DNA of 64,000 nucleotides from positions 64,001 through 128,000 of the forward strand of contig JAPDKB010000002.1 in assembly GCA_029258795.1 (NCBI GenBank), in the 5' to 3' direction. Source of the DNA: an archaeon (GTDB lineage Archaea; EX4484-52; WAPT01). A program made the position numbers and the translations under genes. The notes beneath the pieces were generated by a model. The model was not told where the DNA came from, did not search any database, and worked only from the letters and a program-made list of their open reading frames with translations. The stretch's first letter is position 1. Each line of letters opens with the position of its first letter. Below, piece by piece: positions 19,543-29,027 of this stretch.

Positions 19543-20040
19543 ATGGGCGATTCAATGAAAAATGGATTCGAGGCGGCAAAAGAGGTTTACGATCTCAAGC
19601 GCGAGAAATATGGTTTACCTCCTTTTGAGGTCATCTCAATTCTTTTCGATGTTTCCAATCTCGGAAGGCCGGCACGCTTCATTCTGTACGAGATAGCTCA
19701 GTGCATGACTCAAACCGTCAACACCATGCTTGCTCTTATCGAAAGCCTGGTTTCAGGGATGAGGTTGGGCTCATCCTACGAGTACAAGATGCTCACGCTG
19801 GAGGAGAGAGAAGCGGTGAAAAAAATGTGGTTCAAGCTCCAGAGCAAGATGTGGATGCTTCACCGCATAAGCTCGAGCTTGGATGAGGAGGAATTGTGCA
19901 AGGGTATAAAGGAAGTGTACGACTTCTGGGTGAACGAGTTCATACCGTTCAGGGATGTGGTGTTCAGGAAGCTGGAGGAAAGATGGGACAATCAGAAGGT
20001 GAAGAAGCTCGGACAGGAGAGTTTGGAAATATATGAGTAG
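19543..20040 (+). CDS. Hypothetical helical protein
   Basis: 165-aa ORF downstream of a TTTTAAA promoter; typical codon usage. Confidence 0.65.
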   Translation: MGDSMKNGFEAAKEVYDLKREKYGLPPFEVISILFDVSNLGRPARFILYEIAQCMTQTVNTMLALIESLVSGMRLGSSYEYKMLTLEEREAVKKMWFKLQSKMWMLHRISSSLDEEELCKGIKEVYDFWVNEFIPFRDVVFRKLEERWDNQKVKKLGQESLEIYE

Positions 20041-20045
20041 CTTTC

Positions 20046-21074
20046 TCACAGCAGCTTGATTAGGATGTAAGGCAGGCTCAAATACGTCACAGGCAGAATG
20101 AAGAACATCAGCACAACCTCAAGCCATTTTCTCGTTTTCACATTGGAAGCCAGAGCAAAGAGGTTTAGAAAAATCACGAATTTAAGGGCGTTGAGACAGA
20201 AAGCAAGCACGTCCTTCCTGTCCATCCTCTTAAATGCTTCTTCAAAATTATATTTCACATGGATGGCTTCATCTACAAACTCCAGATTGATGAGCTTTTC
20301 ATAGCTGAAGCGGAAAGCCATATCAAGCTCCATGGAGTTGAGGAACCTTGCTTTCAGCTTGACTTTTCTCTCCATGAGCTTCTCAAGCGCCTTCCTGTTC
20401 TTCTCCACCCCCACTTTAACAGGCTTGTCCATGAATAGCAGAGCAGATTCGATGGAATAAAGCACGGCTTTTGATGATAGCTTGAGGCAGAGCTTTGGAA
20501 AGAATAAGGCTCCCATCGAGCTTAGCAGGGTCATGTAGAAGGGTACCATTATGGCTTTGAACTTCTCCCATAGCGTCGGCTTGACACCTATCACCTTCCT
20601 TATATCCCTGCCGTACAGCACCTTACCTTCTCTTTTCATCTTCAGAAACAGCATGGACTGGGAGGCAACAAGCTTTGCTCCAAGCTTGAGGTCAGGCCTT
20701 TTTATCTCCCCGTTTTTCCAGTCAATGTCCTCTGGACTGAACACCTCGAAGGGCACGTAGAGCTTGGCTTTCTGCAGAGCTTTATCCAGCTTTCCCCTTC
20801 CTGCGGTTGAGCAAACCTTGTGGAACATCGTGCCATGCTTCTTATCAAGCTCCCAGAAGAGTTTTTCAGCATAAACGCGCACGGGCCCAACATCCTCCTT
20901 TTTCTTTACTCCAATTATGAGGTCGACATCGCTTATACCTCGCTTCCACTCACCTCTCGCAGCGCTACCAAAAAGCAATATGAAGTCGATTTTGTCTGGA
21001 TATTTTTGTGTTAATTCGTCCACAAAATCCCTGAGGAAGTTTTCAACCAGCTGCTGTTCGGAAGGGTTCTGCAT
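20046..21074 (-). CDS. Pol-beta-superfamily (MNT-type) nucleotidyltransferase with hydrophobic C-terminal region
   Basis: LFGSAARG...SDVDL motif, EGKVLYG, and hydrophobic C-terminal helices. Confidence 0.75.
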   Translation of the reverse strand: MQNPSEQQLVENFLRDFVDELTQKYPDKIDFILLFGSAARGEWKRGISDVDLIIGVKKKEDVGPVRVYAEKLFWELDKKHGTMFHKVCSTAGRGKLDKALQKAKLYVPFEVFSPEDIDWKNGEIKRPDLKLGAKLVASQSMLFLKMKREGKVLYGRDIRKVIGVKPTLWEKFKAIMVPFYMTLLSSMGALFFPKLCLKLSSKAVLYSIESALLFMDKPVKVGVEKNRKALEKLMERKVKLKARFLNSMELDMAFRFSYEKLINLEFVDEAIHVKYNFEEAFKRMDRKDVLAFCLNALKFVIFLNLFALASNVKTRKWLEVVLMFFILPVTYLSLPYILIKLL

Positions 21075-21182
21075 GAACGAAAAATTAGTATGATGTGTAT
21101 TTATTAATTACTCTTATCGCGATAAGCACTTTGATGAAGCACCCAAAAATATATTAATCCCTTTGAACCCAAATTTTAAGGT

Positions 21183-21941
21183 ATGGCGAGAACAAGGATA
21201 AGAAGGGTGAAGTTCGGGATTCCGGGACTGGATGAGGCGCTTGGTGGTGGCATACCTAAAGGAAATGCTGTGGTGCTCTCAGGTCCACCAGGATCAGGAA
21301 AGACCATTCTGGGTTTGCAGTTCTTGATCAACGGAGCAACCATGTTTAAGGAGCCGGGAGTTTACATCACTCTGGAGGAAGAAAGAAAGGATGTTGTGGA
21401 TCAGGCATCCGTTTTTGGATGGGATCTGGAAGAACTGGAGAAGAACGGCATGCTTAAGATAGTGGAGCTGAGAAGGGAGGACATTCCGACCTTCCTGAAC
21501 GGATATCTCGATGAGCTCAAGAAAAAAATGAATCCCGCCAGAGTTGTTGTGGACTCGATAACCTTTTACTACGCTTACGCGCTCCTCCACACCTACACCA
21601 AAGAGTACATAAAGACGCAGCAGGAGCTGCTTTTACATGATGGGGACCGGATGACACATCCAATGGTGGCAAGAACGACCATAATGGATCTCGTGAGAAA
21701 ATTGAAATCGATGGGTGTGACGTCTTTACTCACTTCCGAAATTCCGGGTAGCTCCCGCTATTACACTCGAGATAAGCTTTCAGAGTTCATAGCAGATGGT
21801 GTCATCACACTGCACTCTGTGGAAGTTGGAGAAAAGAACTTCAGAAGCATAAAGATAGTCAAGATGAGGAAGACGGGTCACGAGTTCGGGTACATTCCAT
21901 TTGAAATCACATCCAAAGGCATAGAGATCAGAAAGATGTAG
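21183..21941 (+). CDS. KaiC/RAD55-like RecA-superfamily ATPase (single domain)
   Basis: GIPGLDEALGGG, GPPGSGKT, YITLEE, VVDSI and IVKMRKT motifs. Confidence 0.92.
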   Translation: MARTRIRRVKFGIPGLDEALGGGIPKGNAVVLSGPPGSGKTILGLQFLINGATMFKEPGVYITLEEERKDVVDQASVFGWDLEELEKNGMLKIVELRREDIPTFLNGYLDELKKKMNPARVVVDSITFYYAYALLHTYTKEYIKTQQELLLHDGDRMTHPMVARTTIMDLVRKLKSMGVTSLLTSEIPGSSRYYTRDKLSEFIADGVITLHSVEVGEKNFRSIKIVKMRKTGHEFGYIPFEITSKGIEIRKM

Positions 21942-22036
21942 GATAGAAGGAATGCAATTTATGAGGTTTATATATTTTCAGAAGATTTAAAACTGTTTGC
22001 CACATATCTATATTTCTGTCTTGGATGATTTGTCGT

Positions 22037-22189
22037 GGGCCGGTGGTCTAGCCTGGAAGGACGTCGCCTTGGCATCACACAGCTTTCACGGCTGTGTGCC
22101 AGTATGGCGGAGGCCCCGGGTTCAAAATGGCTGCTTACGCCGTTTTAAGAATCGGGCAAGCTTTCATGAAAATCCCGGCCGGTCCACCA
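22037..22189 (+). tRNA. tRNA-Ala(GGC) with two introns: 37/38 (22075..22104) and 59/60 (22127..22172)
   Basis: Acceptor GGGCCGG/CCGGTCC (G3:U70) plus ACCA. BHB1 is TTGG/CCAG with CAT/TAT bulges; BHB2 is TTCA/TGAA with AAA/AAT bulges. Confidence 0.93.
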
Positions 22190-22224
22190 CATATAAATTT
22201 TTTTCTCTCCATCTTTAACTCTCA

Positions 22225-24003
22225 ATGACAAGAAAACTACCAACGATGTATGAGATAAAATCAATAAGGAATGAGACGCCTTCTATAAAGACGTTTTCAT
22301 TTCACGCTCCCGAGATAGCGAAGCTAGCAAAACCCGGGCAGTTTCTCATGGTCTGGTTGCCCGATATTGATGAAATTCCAATAAGCGTTGCCTTTGCCGA
22401 TGAGAAAAGCGGCACGGTGGAGCTGGCAATTGCAAAAGTGGGGGACTGTACATCCAAAATCCATGAGTTGAAAGAGGGTGATGTTCTGGGTTTGCGCGGT
22501 CCCTATGGTAACGGCTTCGATATTAATTATGGGATGGAGGAAGCTTGGCTCGTTGCAGGAGGGTGTGGCGCTGCCCCACTACGCTTTCTCGCAAGCAGGC
22601 TGAAGGAAAAGGGAGCGAGTGTTACAACTTTCATAGGCGCGAGAAATAGGAGTGAGCTTCTCTACCTTGCCAAGTTTAAGGAGATAGGTGAAGTTATGGT
22701 TGCCACAGATGATGGAAGCACCGGCTACAAGGGTTTTGTGACCGAACTGCTGGAAAACGAGCTCAAAAACTGCAAGCCAGACATGATTTTCACTTGCGGA
22801 CCCGAGCCCATGATGCGAAAGGTCTGTGAGGTGGCAGAAAAGGAAGGGGTAAGGGTGCAGGCATCGATAGAAAGGATGGTGAAGTGTGCAAGAGGCGCAT
22901 GCGGAGCATGCGACATTTTTGGCTTTAGGGTCTGTAAGGAAGGTCCAGTGTTCGATGGAATGTTCCTGCTCAGGACAGAATTCGGCAGGTGGAAGCGCGA
23001 CAAGAGCGGGAAGAGGATAGGGATTGCGGGCAACACAGACCTTTCCTCACCACCCATTCCCGAGTTCAGACCAACCATAAATCCCAAGCTGAGTATGAAG
23101 CTCCTCAACATCCAATTCCCGAATCCATTCATGAATGCTGCTGGTTTTGGTGTGTCCGGCATGCTTCTTTACCGCTACGTCAAAAACGGAGCTGGAGCAG
23201 TCGTTACAAAATCCGTGGGGAAGGAGGAGAGAGGAGGATTTCCCAACCCTACCTTTGGCGAGCTTGAAGATGGCACTTATTTCAACGCTATGGGTCTTCC
23301 CAACCCCGGCATAGATAATTACCAGCTTGACATTCAGGATGCGAAGAAAGCTAACGTGCCCGTTGTGGTCAGCATATTTGGACAGAGTGAGGAGGAATGT
23401 GCTTACGTGGCGTCAAAAGCCATTGAATATGGTGCAGATATGATCGAGATTAATGTTTCATGTCCTCATACGGAAATTTCAAGCGTGGAGAACGACCCCG
23501 AACTTGTGAAAAGCATAACAAGAGCTGTGGTTGAGATTGCAGGGAAAAACGGTGTGCCTGTAACCGTAAAACTATCTCCCAACGGTGATTACGTGAGCGT
23601 TGCCAAAGCCGCTGAGGAAGGAGGGGCAAGCGCCATAACCGCCATAAACACTGCACGAATAAGACCCACAATCGAGTTTGATGGCAAGGAGCTCAAAATC
23701 CTTGGAAATCCTACCGGCTATGGCGGGATGTCGGGCAGGAAGCATAAGGAAACCGGAAAGAAGGTTGTGTACGAGCTTTATGAGGAGATAAGCATACCCA
23801 TAATCGGCGTGGGAGGTATATTCAACGGCAGGGACGCTTTTGAATACGCGGCATGTGGAGCTTCACTCTTCCAGATAGGTAGCGCTATGGTCCACAGAGG
23901 CTTAAGCGTGTTTTCAGCCATCCAGAAGGAGCTTGAGGAAGAGCTTGAAAAGAATGGGTTTGAGAAGCTGGAGGATGTTGTGGGAGCTTATCACAAAAGG
24001 TGA
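22225..24003 (+). CDS. pyrKD: Fused dihydroorotate dehydrogenase electron-transfer subunit PyrK and catalytic PyrD (class 1B)
   Basis: RGPYGNGF, TDDGS, CGPEPMM and CxxGxCGxC...CKEGPV, then NAAG, TKS, NAMGLPNPG, INVSCPH, KLSPN and IIGVGGI in one ORF. Confidence 0.92.
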   Translation: MTRKLPTMYEIKSIRNETPSIKTFSFHAPEIAKLAKPGQFLMVWLPDIDEIPISVAFADEKSGTVELAIAKVGDCTSKIHELKEGDVLGLRGPYGNGFDINYGMEEAWLVAGGCGAAPLRFLASRLKEKGASVTTFIGARNRSELLYLAKFKEIGEVMVATDDGSTGYKGFVTELLENELKNCKPDMIFTCGPEPMMRKVCEVAEKEGVRVQASIERMVKCARGACGACDIFGFRVCKEGPVFDGMFLLRTEFGRWKRDKSGKRIGIAGNTDLSSPPIPEFRPTINPKLSMKLLNIQFPNPFMNAAGFGVSGMLLYRYVKNGAGAVVTKSVGKEERGGFPNPTFGELEDGTYFNAMGLPNPGIDNYQLDIQDAKKANVPVVVSIFGQSEEECAYVASKAIEYGADMIEINVSCPHTEISSVENDPELVKSITRAVVEIAGKNGVPVTVKLSPNGDYVSVAKAAEEGGASAITAINTARIRPTIEFDGKELKILGNPTGYGGMSGRKHKETGKKVVYELYEEISIPIIGVGGIFNGRDAFEYAACGASLFQIGSAMVHRGLSVFSAIQKELEEELEKNGFEKLEDVVGAYHKR

Positions 24004-25301
24004 TGGTTATGCACGAGCTTGTTATCGAGGGCAGGTTTGTAACACTTGATGGTGTGAAATCCGGTTACATCGGGATTGATGGTGACAGGATTTCTGAGGT
24101 ATCGCTTAGCGCTATAAAAGGAAAGAACAAAAAGAGGTTTGCGCAGGAGTGCCTCATTTTTCCGGGATTTATCGATATTCATGTTCACCTCCGTGAGGAT
24201 GAGAGCCGGAAGTGGGTGCATAAGGAAGATTTTAAGACAGGGAGTTTAGCAGCCATTAACGGAGGCGTGACCCGTGTTGTTGACATGCCAAACACACCAG
24301 CCACAGGCACCACAAGAGAAAGGATTGAGAACAAGATTGAGCGTGCAAGAAAAGCCAAAATTCCGGTGCAGTTTTATGGCGGTATTGCAACAAACAATCT
24401 GGAAGACCTTGAAAAAATGAAAGATGTTGTGATCGGTTACAAGGGCTTTCTTTGCCAGAGCACGGGTGATATGACCATAAACTATGAGATTCTGGAAAGG
24501 GCCATCCAGAAGATCAGAGATGCTGGTTTGCCATTAACTCTCCACTGCGAGGAGCAGAGCATGGTTGATGAACTACAGAAAAAATACGCGAACTCCAGTT
24601 TGGGTGTGCTTGCTCATCCAGAAATAAGGGCTCCAGAGACAGAGTATGTTTGCGTGGAGAAGGTGTTGAAGCTTGCGGAAAAATATGATGGTATGCATTT
24701 CAACATAGCTCACGTTTCCACGCCGGAAGCAATGGAGATGGTTGAGAAAGCTAGGGAAAGGGGGCTTAAAGTTACGTGCGAGGTTACACCTCACCACCTC
24801 TTTTTCAGCAAGAGCGCGATGAAGAAGAAAGGAGCGTATCTCAAAATGAACCCTCCTTTAAGAGACGAGGAAAGGAGGAGGAAGCTTCTGAACATGGTTA
24901 AGGAGGGCAAAGCTGATTTTGTGGCAAGTGACCATGCACCCCACACCATAGAGGAGAAGGAAAGCGAAAATCCTCCGAGTGGGGTTCCGCAGCTTGATAC
25001 CTACGGTATTTTTGCAGGGTGGCTGATCAGGGAGGAAAAACTCGACCCAGCCTTGATATTGAAAATGTGTTCCTACAACCCTGCAAGATTCCTCGGGCTT
25101 GAGGATGAGGGCAAAATAGAGGCAGGATGTAGAGCAAACCTGACCGTGCTTGACACGAAGCACAGTATTAAGGTGGAGAATGATATGGTTAAGAGCAAAT
25201 GCGGATGGACACCATTCGATGGCTTAACATTTCCATCATGCGTCGCTGCTGTAATGTTGAATGGTGAGGTTCTTGCGGAATATCACGAGCTCTTCATGTG
25301 A
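24000..25301 (+). CDS. pyrC: Dihydroorotase
   Basis: DIHVHLRE, DMPNT, HCEE, HVST, CEVTPHHL, KMNPPLR and SDHAPH motifs. Confidence 0.93.
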   Translation: MMVMHELVIEGRFVTLDGVKSGYIGIDGDRISEVSLSAIKGKNKKRFAQECLIFPGFIDIHVHLREDESRKWVHKEDFKTGSLAAINGGVTRVVDMPNTPATGTTRERIENKIERARKAKIPVQFYGGIATNNLEDLEKMKDVVIGYKGFLCQSTGDMTINYEILERAIQKIRDAGLPLTLHCEEQSMVDELQKKYANSSLGVLAHPEIRAPETEYVCVEKVLKLAEKYDGMHFNIAHVSTPEAMEMVEKARERGLKVTCEVTPHHLFFSKSAMKKKGAYLKMNPPLRDEERRRKLLNMVKEGKADFVASDHAPHTIEEKESENPPSGVPQLDTYGIFAGWLIREEKLDPALILKMCSYNPARFLGLEDEGKIEAGCRANLTVLDTKHSIKVENDMVKSKCGWTPFDGLTFPSCVAAVMLNGEVLAEYHELFM

Positions 25302-25414
25302 ACGACTTCTGCCGATTGTTTTGAAAAAAACGGTATAAGGGACGAAAACCTTTATATAATTCCGCATGCCTAAATAAACATAGCTAATCTTAAAACGGTT
25401 GAGGGGTGAATTAG

Positions 25415-25711
25415 ATGGCGAAGAAGGGAAAGAAGAGGTACTTTGTTTTGCTGGATGACAAGGGCAATGAAATCGGTGTCTTTACCGGAAGGCAGCCAAG
25501 ACAGGCAGCTCTTAAGGCTGCTACAAGGGGTTACACCAAAATCAGATTGAGAGAGAGGGGAACAAACAAGATCCACATCTATCAGGGTAGTAGGAAGAAG
25601 GTGCCTGCTCCAGCCAACGCACCAGAATGGATGGGTAAGGAAGTGTGGAAGCCAGTGGTTAAGAAGGTAGGAATCGAGAAGATCGAGAAGAAAAGGAAAA
25701 AGAAGAAGTAA
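25415..25711 (+). CDS. Non-histone chromosomal protein MC1
   Basis: GVFTGRQPRQAALKAA, IRLRERGT and PEWM...WKP match MC1; strong TTTATATA promoter. Confidence 0.92.
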   Translation: MAKKGKKRYFVLLDDKGNEIGVFTGRQPRQAALKAATRGYTKIRLRERGTNKIHIYQGSRKKVPAPANAPEWMGKEVWKPVVKKVGIEKIEKKRKKKK

Positions 25712-25720
25712 ATTTATTCA

Positions 25721-25749
25721 GGCGCTGACAACATAAGATGGTCAGCGCC
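25721..25749. terminator. Hairpin between the convergent MC1 and nreA genes
   Basis: GGCGCTGAC...GTCAGCGCC 9-bp stem followed by a T-rich run on the + strand. Confidence 0.5.
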
Positions 25750-25757
25750 CCTCTTTT

Positions 25758-26984
25758 CTATTTTTTCCATGCCACAAGTGTTGTTTGCCTTTCTTTAAGT
25801 TTGTTGAGGAGCTTGCTTATGCTTTTGAGATGGAGATTGCACTTCATTTCATTTTCAACGATTTTGATGGCTTGTTCCACACTTTCCATGATTCGTGGTT
25901 TCGTTCTCATCGCTTCCCTCACAGTTTCCCTGACCACCCACACACCCAAAGGAGCCCAGTAGTCCGGCAGGATTTCCCTCACAATCAGCACACTCGCCTG
26001 CCTTTTTATCTTTGCAAGATGTTCCAGCACGGCAAGACGGGAAGCGTAGTAACCACCAGCGGTCTCATCCACATACTTTTTGCGGGAGGTGAAGTCCTCG
26101 TAATCCTTTGTGATGTAATACCTCTTTCCAAATTTCTTCCACTCGCCAATCGGGTGGGCTATTTCCACCAGCTCGAATTTCCATGTGGAGGGAAAAAGCA
26201 GAACCCAGAATCGATTGCCGTTGTACTCAGCATAGTGAATCATCACGGAATCCACCACATCATATTGCCTTATCTCATTGATGAAGTGCTTCCCCAGCAT
26301 GTCATCCACAGCCGTTATGCTCCACCTCGTGGGAACGAGCTTCCTCTGCTTTTTCACGCCCAGCATGCCAACAGAAAGCACCCTTGAGAGTACGTTTTCA
26401 TCCACACCTCTCACATAAAGTTCAACTAAGGCATCGGTTGCTTTCAGGTCGGAATCGTAATATGCTTTCTCCACCCTTCTGTCAACTTTAGGATTTTCCG
26501 CGAGCACCATTCTTTTCAATTTACCCCTCAACCCCACAGGAGAAAAAACGTAGGAAAAGTTAACCTCTATGGATGGTTTTTTCATGAACTCCACTTCTGT
26601 TAGCACGCTTCTCCTTGCCATCGCAATTTCGTGCACCATCTCCACAAGTTTGGAAGGGGTTTTAACACTTGTTTTGAAAGCGGGATTTATCATGCTCAAC
26701 CTCTTGGCAAGTACTGAGGCGACATCCAGCTTCTGCGTGAACCAGAGGCGTGGAGCATCATAGTATTCAGGAGAGTTATCCTTAACGCCCAGCGCACCAA
26801 CATTAACAGCAGGATACCCGAATCTCCCCACAAAGACAGAAGGAGGGGTGTAGAGCTCATCCCTCTCCTTTATTTGAGTTGCCCTCTCCTTCAGCTTCAG
26901 CGCTTCCACGAAGTAGCACGGCTTTCCGCAGAGGTTTTTACCCTTGCATTTAACACAGAGCGCGGGGTCTATTATCTTGCCCAT
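25758..26984 (-). CDS. nreA: Archaeal DNA repair protein Nre
   Basis: N-terminal CxxCKG..LCG..C, PPSVFVGRFGYP, RKLVPTRWSITAVD, GGYYASRL, C-terminal PIP-like QTTLVAW. Confidence 0.92.
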   Translation of the reverse strand: MGKIIDPALCVKCKGKNLCGKPCYFVEALKLKERATQIKERDELYTPPSVFVGRFGYPAVNVGALGVKDNSPEYYDAPRLWFTQKLDVASVLAKRLSMINPAFKTSVKTPSKLVEMVHEIAMARRSVLTEVEFMKKPSIEVNFSYVFSPVGLRGKLKRMVLAENPKVDRRVEKAYYDSDLKATDALVELYVRGVDENVLSRVLSVGMLGVKKQRKLVPTRWSITAVDDMLGKHFINEIRQYDVVDSVMIHYAEYNGNRFWVLLFPSTWKFELVEIAHPIGEWKKFGKRYYITKDYEDFTSRKKYVDETAGGYYASRLAVLEHLAKIKRQASVLIVREILPDYWAPLGVWVVRETVREAMRTKPRIMESVEQAIKIVENEMKCNLHLKSISKLLNKLKERQTTLVAWKK

Positions 26985-27076
26985 AGGGAAATGTAGGGCG
27001 CGCAGTTTTTAATTAGTAAAACCAAAACTAGGACATATCCAAAAATATTTAATAGTGTTATCCCAATTCATCTCCT

Positions 27077-27357
27077 GCGGCAGGGCTAGGCCGGGGAGCT
27101 AGCCCCTCCCTGTAACCGCAAACGGGCTAACGGCGGGGCCGAAAACCGGGGGGCGGGCGATTGGCGGCTCGCTGGGCAGCTTGCTGCTGAACAATGACTC
27201 TCTGCCCCCGAAGGCCGCTGTACCGGTGAACCGGGTCAGGCCCGGAAGGGAGCAGCCCTAAGCCGGTACTTCGGTGCTTCGGGATCAGCGGAGAGGAGGT
27301 AGGCAGCATCTCTGCCCGCGAGCTTAGCCGCGCTCCACCCCCGGGAAGCCCTGCCGC
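27077..27357 (+). ncRNA. Archaeal SRP (7S) RNA
   Basis: Terminal helix GCGGCAGGGCT/AGCCCTGCCGC, Alu-like GCTAGGCCGGG...CTGTAACC, helix 8 GGTCAGGCCCGGAAGGGAGCAGCC; TATA upstream. Confidence 0.93.
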
Positions 27358-27385
27358 GTAATTTTGCAAAAGGGTGTGGAGTTGC

Positions 27386-28189
27386 ATGAAGCGCGAGAAA
27401 AGGAGTATGACCGCAAGAAGGGTGGAGATGGTTGTTTTTATTTTGCTTGTGTTCGCTTTCTCACTTGGTCTTATGATGGGAAGCGCAGGTTATCTTGCAG
27501 AACTCATGATTAAAAGTGGTTTGGAGCAGCAAAAAGAGGTTAAGAGTGTGGAGGAGCTGACGGGGAGCAGAGCTTTTGAGGGTAACAACACCGCAAGCGT
27601 GACTATACCTGCTGTTATGGCAAACGATACGGGAGTTTACGCAACTCTCGTTGTAAGGGCCGTGCCTGGAACCGGAAAGATTTTCGTGCAGATGAACAAC
27701 TTGCTTGTGAATGATGACACGCAGCAGTCCATAAGGAAAGCGGCACTGGTGGCTTCAAAGCTCGCGGATGTCAATCTAAGCACCGTTGATCTTTATTACG
27801 AGATTAACGCCCCAGCCACCGAGCTTGAAGGAGGGAGTGGAGGAGCAACAATCGCTGTTGCGACTTATGCAGCACTTACCGGCAAGAAGCTTCGAGACGA
27901 TGTGATGATGACCGGGAGCATAAATCACGATGGCACGGTGAGCATAGCGAGCAAGGTGATAGAAAAGGCAAAGGTTGCAGAGAGTTTGGGGATGAAGTAC
28001 TTTCTCGTGCCCAAAGGCATGAAAATGCTTTACGATTACAAGCCCACAACTTTTTGCTATGAGTGGCAAGATGGTGTGGAGTTCTGCGATACAGAATACG
28101 AGCGCGTCAAAACAGAGCTTTGGAACTTGAGCGTTGAAGTCGTGGAGGTAAGCACGCTTCGGGAAGCTCTGAAGTATTTTTTGGAGTGA
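27386..28189 (+). CDS. Membrane-anchored Lon-like S16 serine protease (COG1750-like)
   Basis: N-terminal TM, DTQQSIRKA, EGGSGG (catalytic Ser region), MTGSINHDG, EKAK. Confidence 0.8.
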   Translation: MKREKRSMTARRVEMVVFILLVFAFSLGLMMGSAGYLAELMIKSGLEQQKEVKSVEELTGSRAFEGNNTASVTIPAVMANDTGVYATLVVRAVPGTGKIFVQMNNLLVNDDTQQSIRKAALVASKLADVNLSTVDLYYEINAPATELEGGSGGATIAVATYAALTGKKLRDDVMMTGSINHDGTVSIASKVIEKAKVAESLGMKYFLVPKGMKMLYDYKPTTFCYEWQDGVEFCDTEYERVKTELWNLSVEVVEVSTLREALKYFLE

Positions 28190-28275
28190 TAAGTTTTTGC
28201 AAGAAATTGCCAATATTATGCAAAAACTGTGAAATCGAAAACTCAGAACTTTAAACATTCTTGAGATCCATGAAT

Positions 28276-28409
28276 TGGCGCCGCGGGCCGGATTTTCACT
28301 TCTCAAAGAGCAGGTTTCCTCTTTTATTCCCAGCTCCGCTTCGAACCGGCGCGCCCTTGCGGGCAGTGGCTCTCGAGGCCACCGCACTACCTGGCTATGC
28401 GACCGCGGC
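28276..28409 (-). tRNA. tRNA-Ser(CGA) with a 47-nt T-loop intron (28293..28339)
   Basis: Acceptor GCCGCGG/CCGCGGC, G73 and CCA; anticodon arm GTGGC-CT CGA GA-GCCAC; long variable arm; TTCG/TGAA helix with AAG/AAT bulges. Confidence 0.92.
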
Positions 28410-28462
28410 GCGAAGAATACCACTACTCAATTAACATACTATTGGGTGGAGCTTTAAAATCT

Positions 28463-28912
28463 TTACTCCTTGATCTTCTTCTCAAACTCCAGAATCTGGT
28501 GTTTGAGCCTCACAAGCACATCGGTGGTTTTGCTGAGCGATTCCTTCAACTTCTCCTTTTCTTTCTCAAGCTCTTTTATCTCTTCCTCTAAGGTTGCTTT
28601 TTCAGCGGTAAGCTTTGCGACTTCATCCTTCAAACTCTTCAGTTCTATCTCCATCTGTTCCTTTTCCTTTGTTAGCTTGCTGACCTTCTGGCTCAGCTCT
28701 TTTCTCGTATGCTCAAGCTCTTCAACCTCAAGCTTCAGCTGTTGCTCTTCCGTGGTAAGTTCCTTCAACTTGTTTTCAAGCCGCTTTTTCTCTTCCTTTA
28801 TCTTTATTGCTTCTTCTATGCTTTTTTCAAGCACATCCAGAATGTTCGCGAGCTCTTTCTCATACTCCCCAGACATCTGCGCTTCTTGTTTCTTGGAACC
28901 TCCGTTTCCCAT
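28463..28912 (-). CDS. Coiled-coil protein
   Basis: Continuous heptad E/K/L pattern; GGAGGTGA RBS before ATG 28912. Confidence 0.75.
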   Translation of the reverse strand: MGNGGSKKQEAQMSGEYEKELANILDVLEKSIEEAIKIKEEKKRLENKLKELTTEEQQLKLEVEELEHTRKELSQKVSKLTKEKEQMEIELKSLKDEVAKLTAEKATLEEEIKELEKEKEKLKESLSKTTDVLVRLKHQILEFEKKIKE

Positions 28913-29027
28913 TAGCTCACCTCCATCTGAAAACACTGCCTGAGAATTAAGTATTGTTCACCCCTATAAATAATTTTCGAAAAAATACTCAAAAAATATA
29001 ATAGGGTGTTTCACCACAAAACAACTC

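Noticed and set aside
28470-28943. Ser/Phe-rich antisense ORFs here and throughout the window
   Set aside because: They mirror Glu/Lys-rich purine-biased coding strands and have no RBS or motifs.
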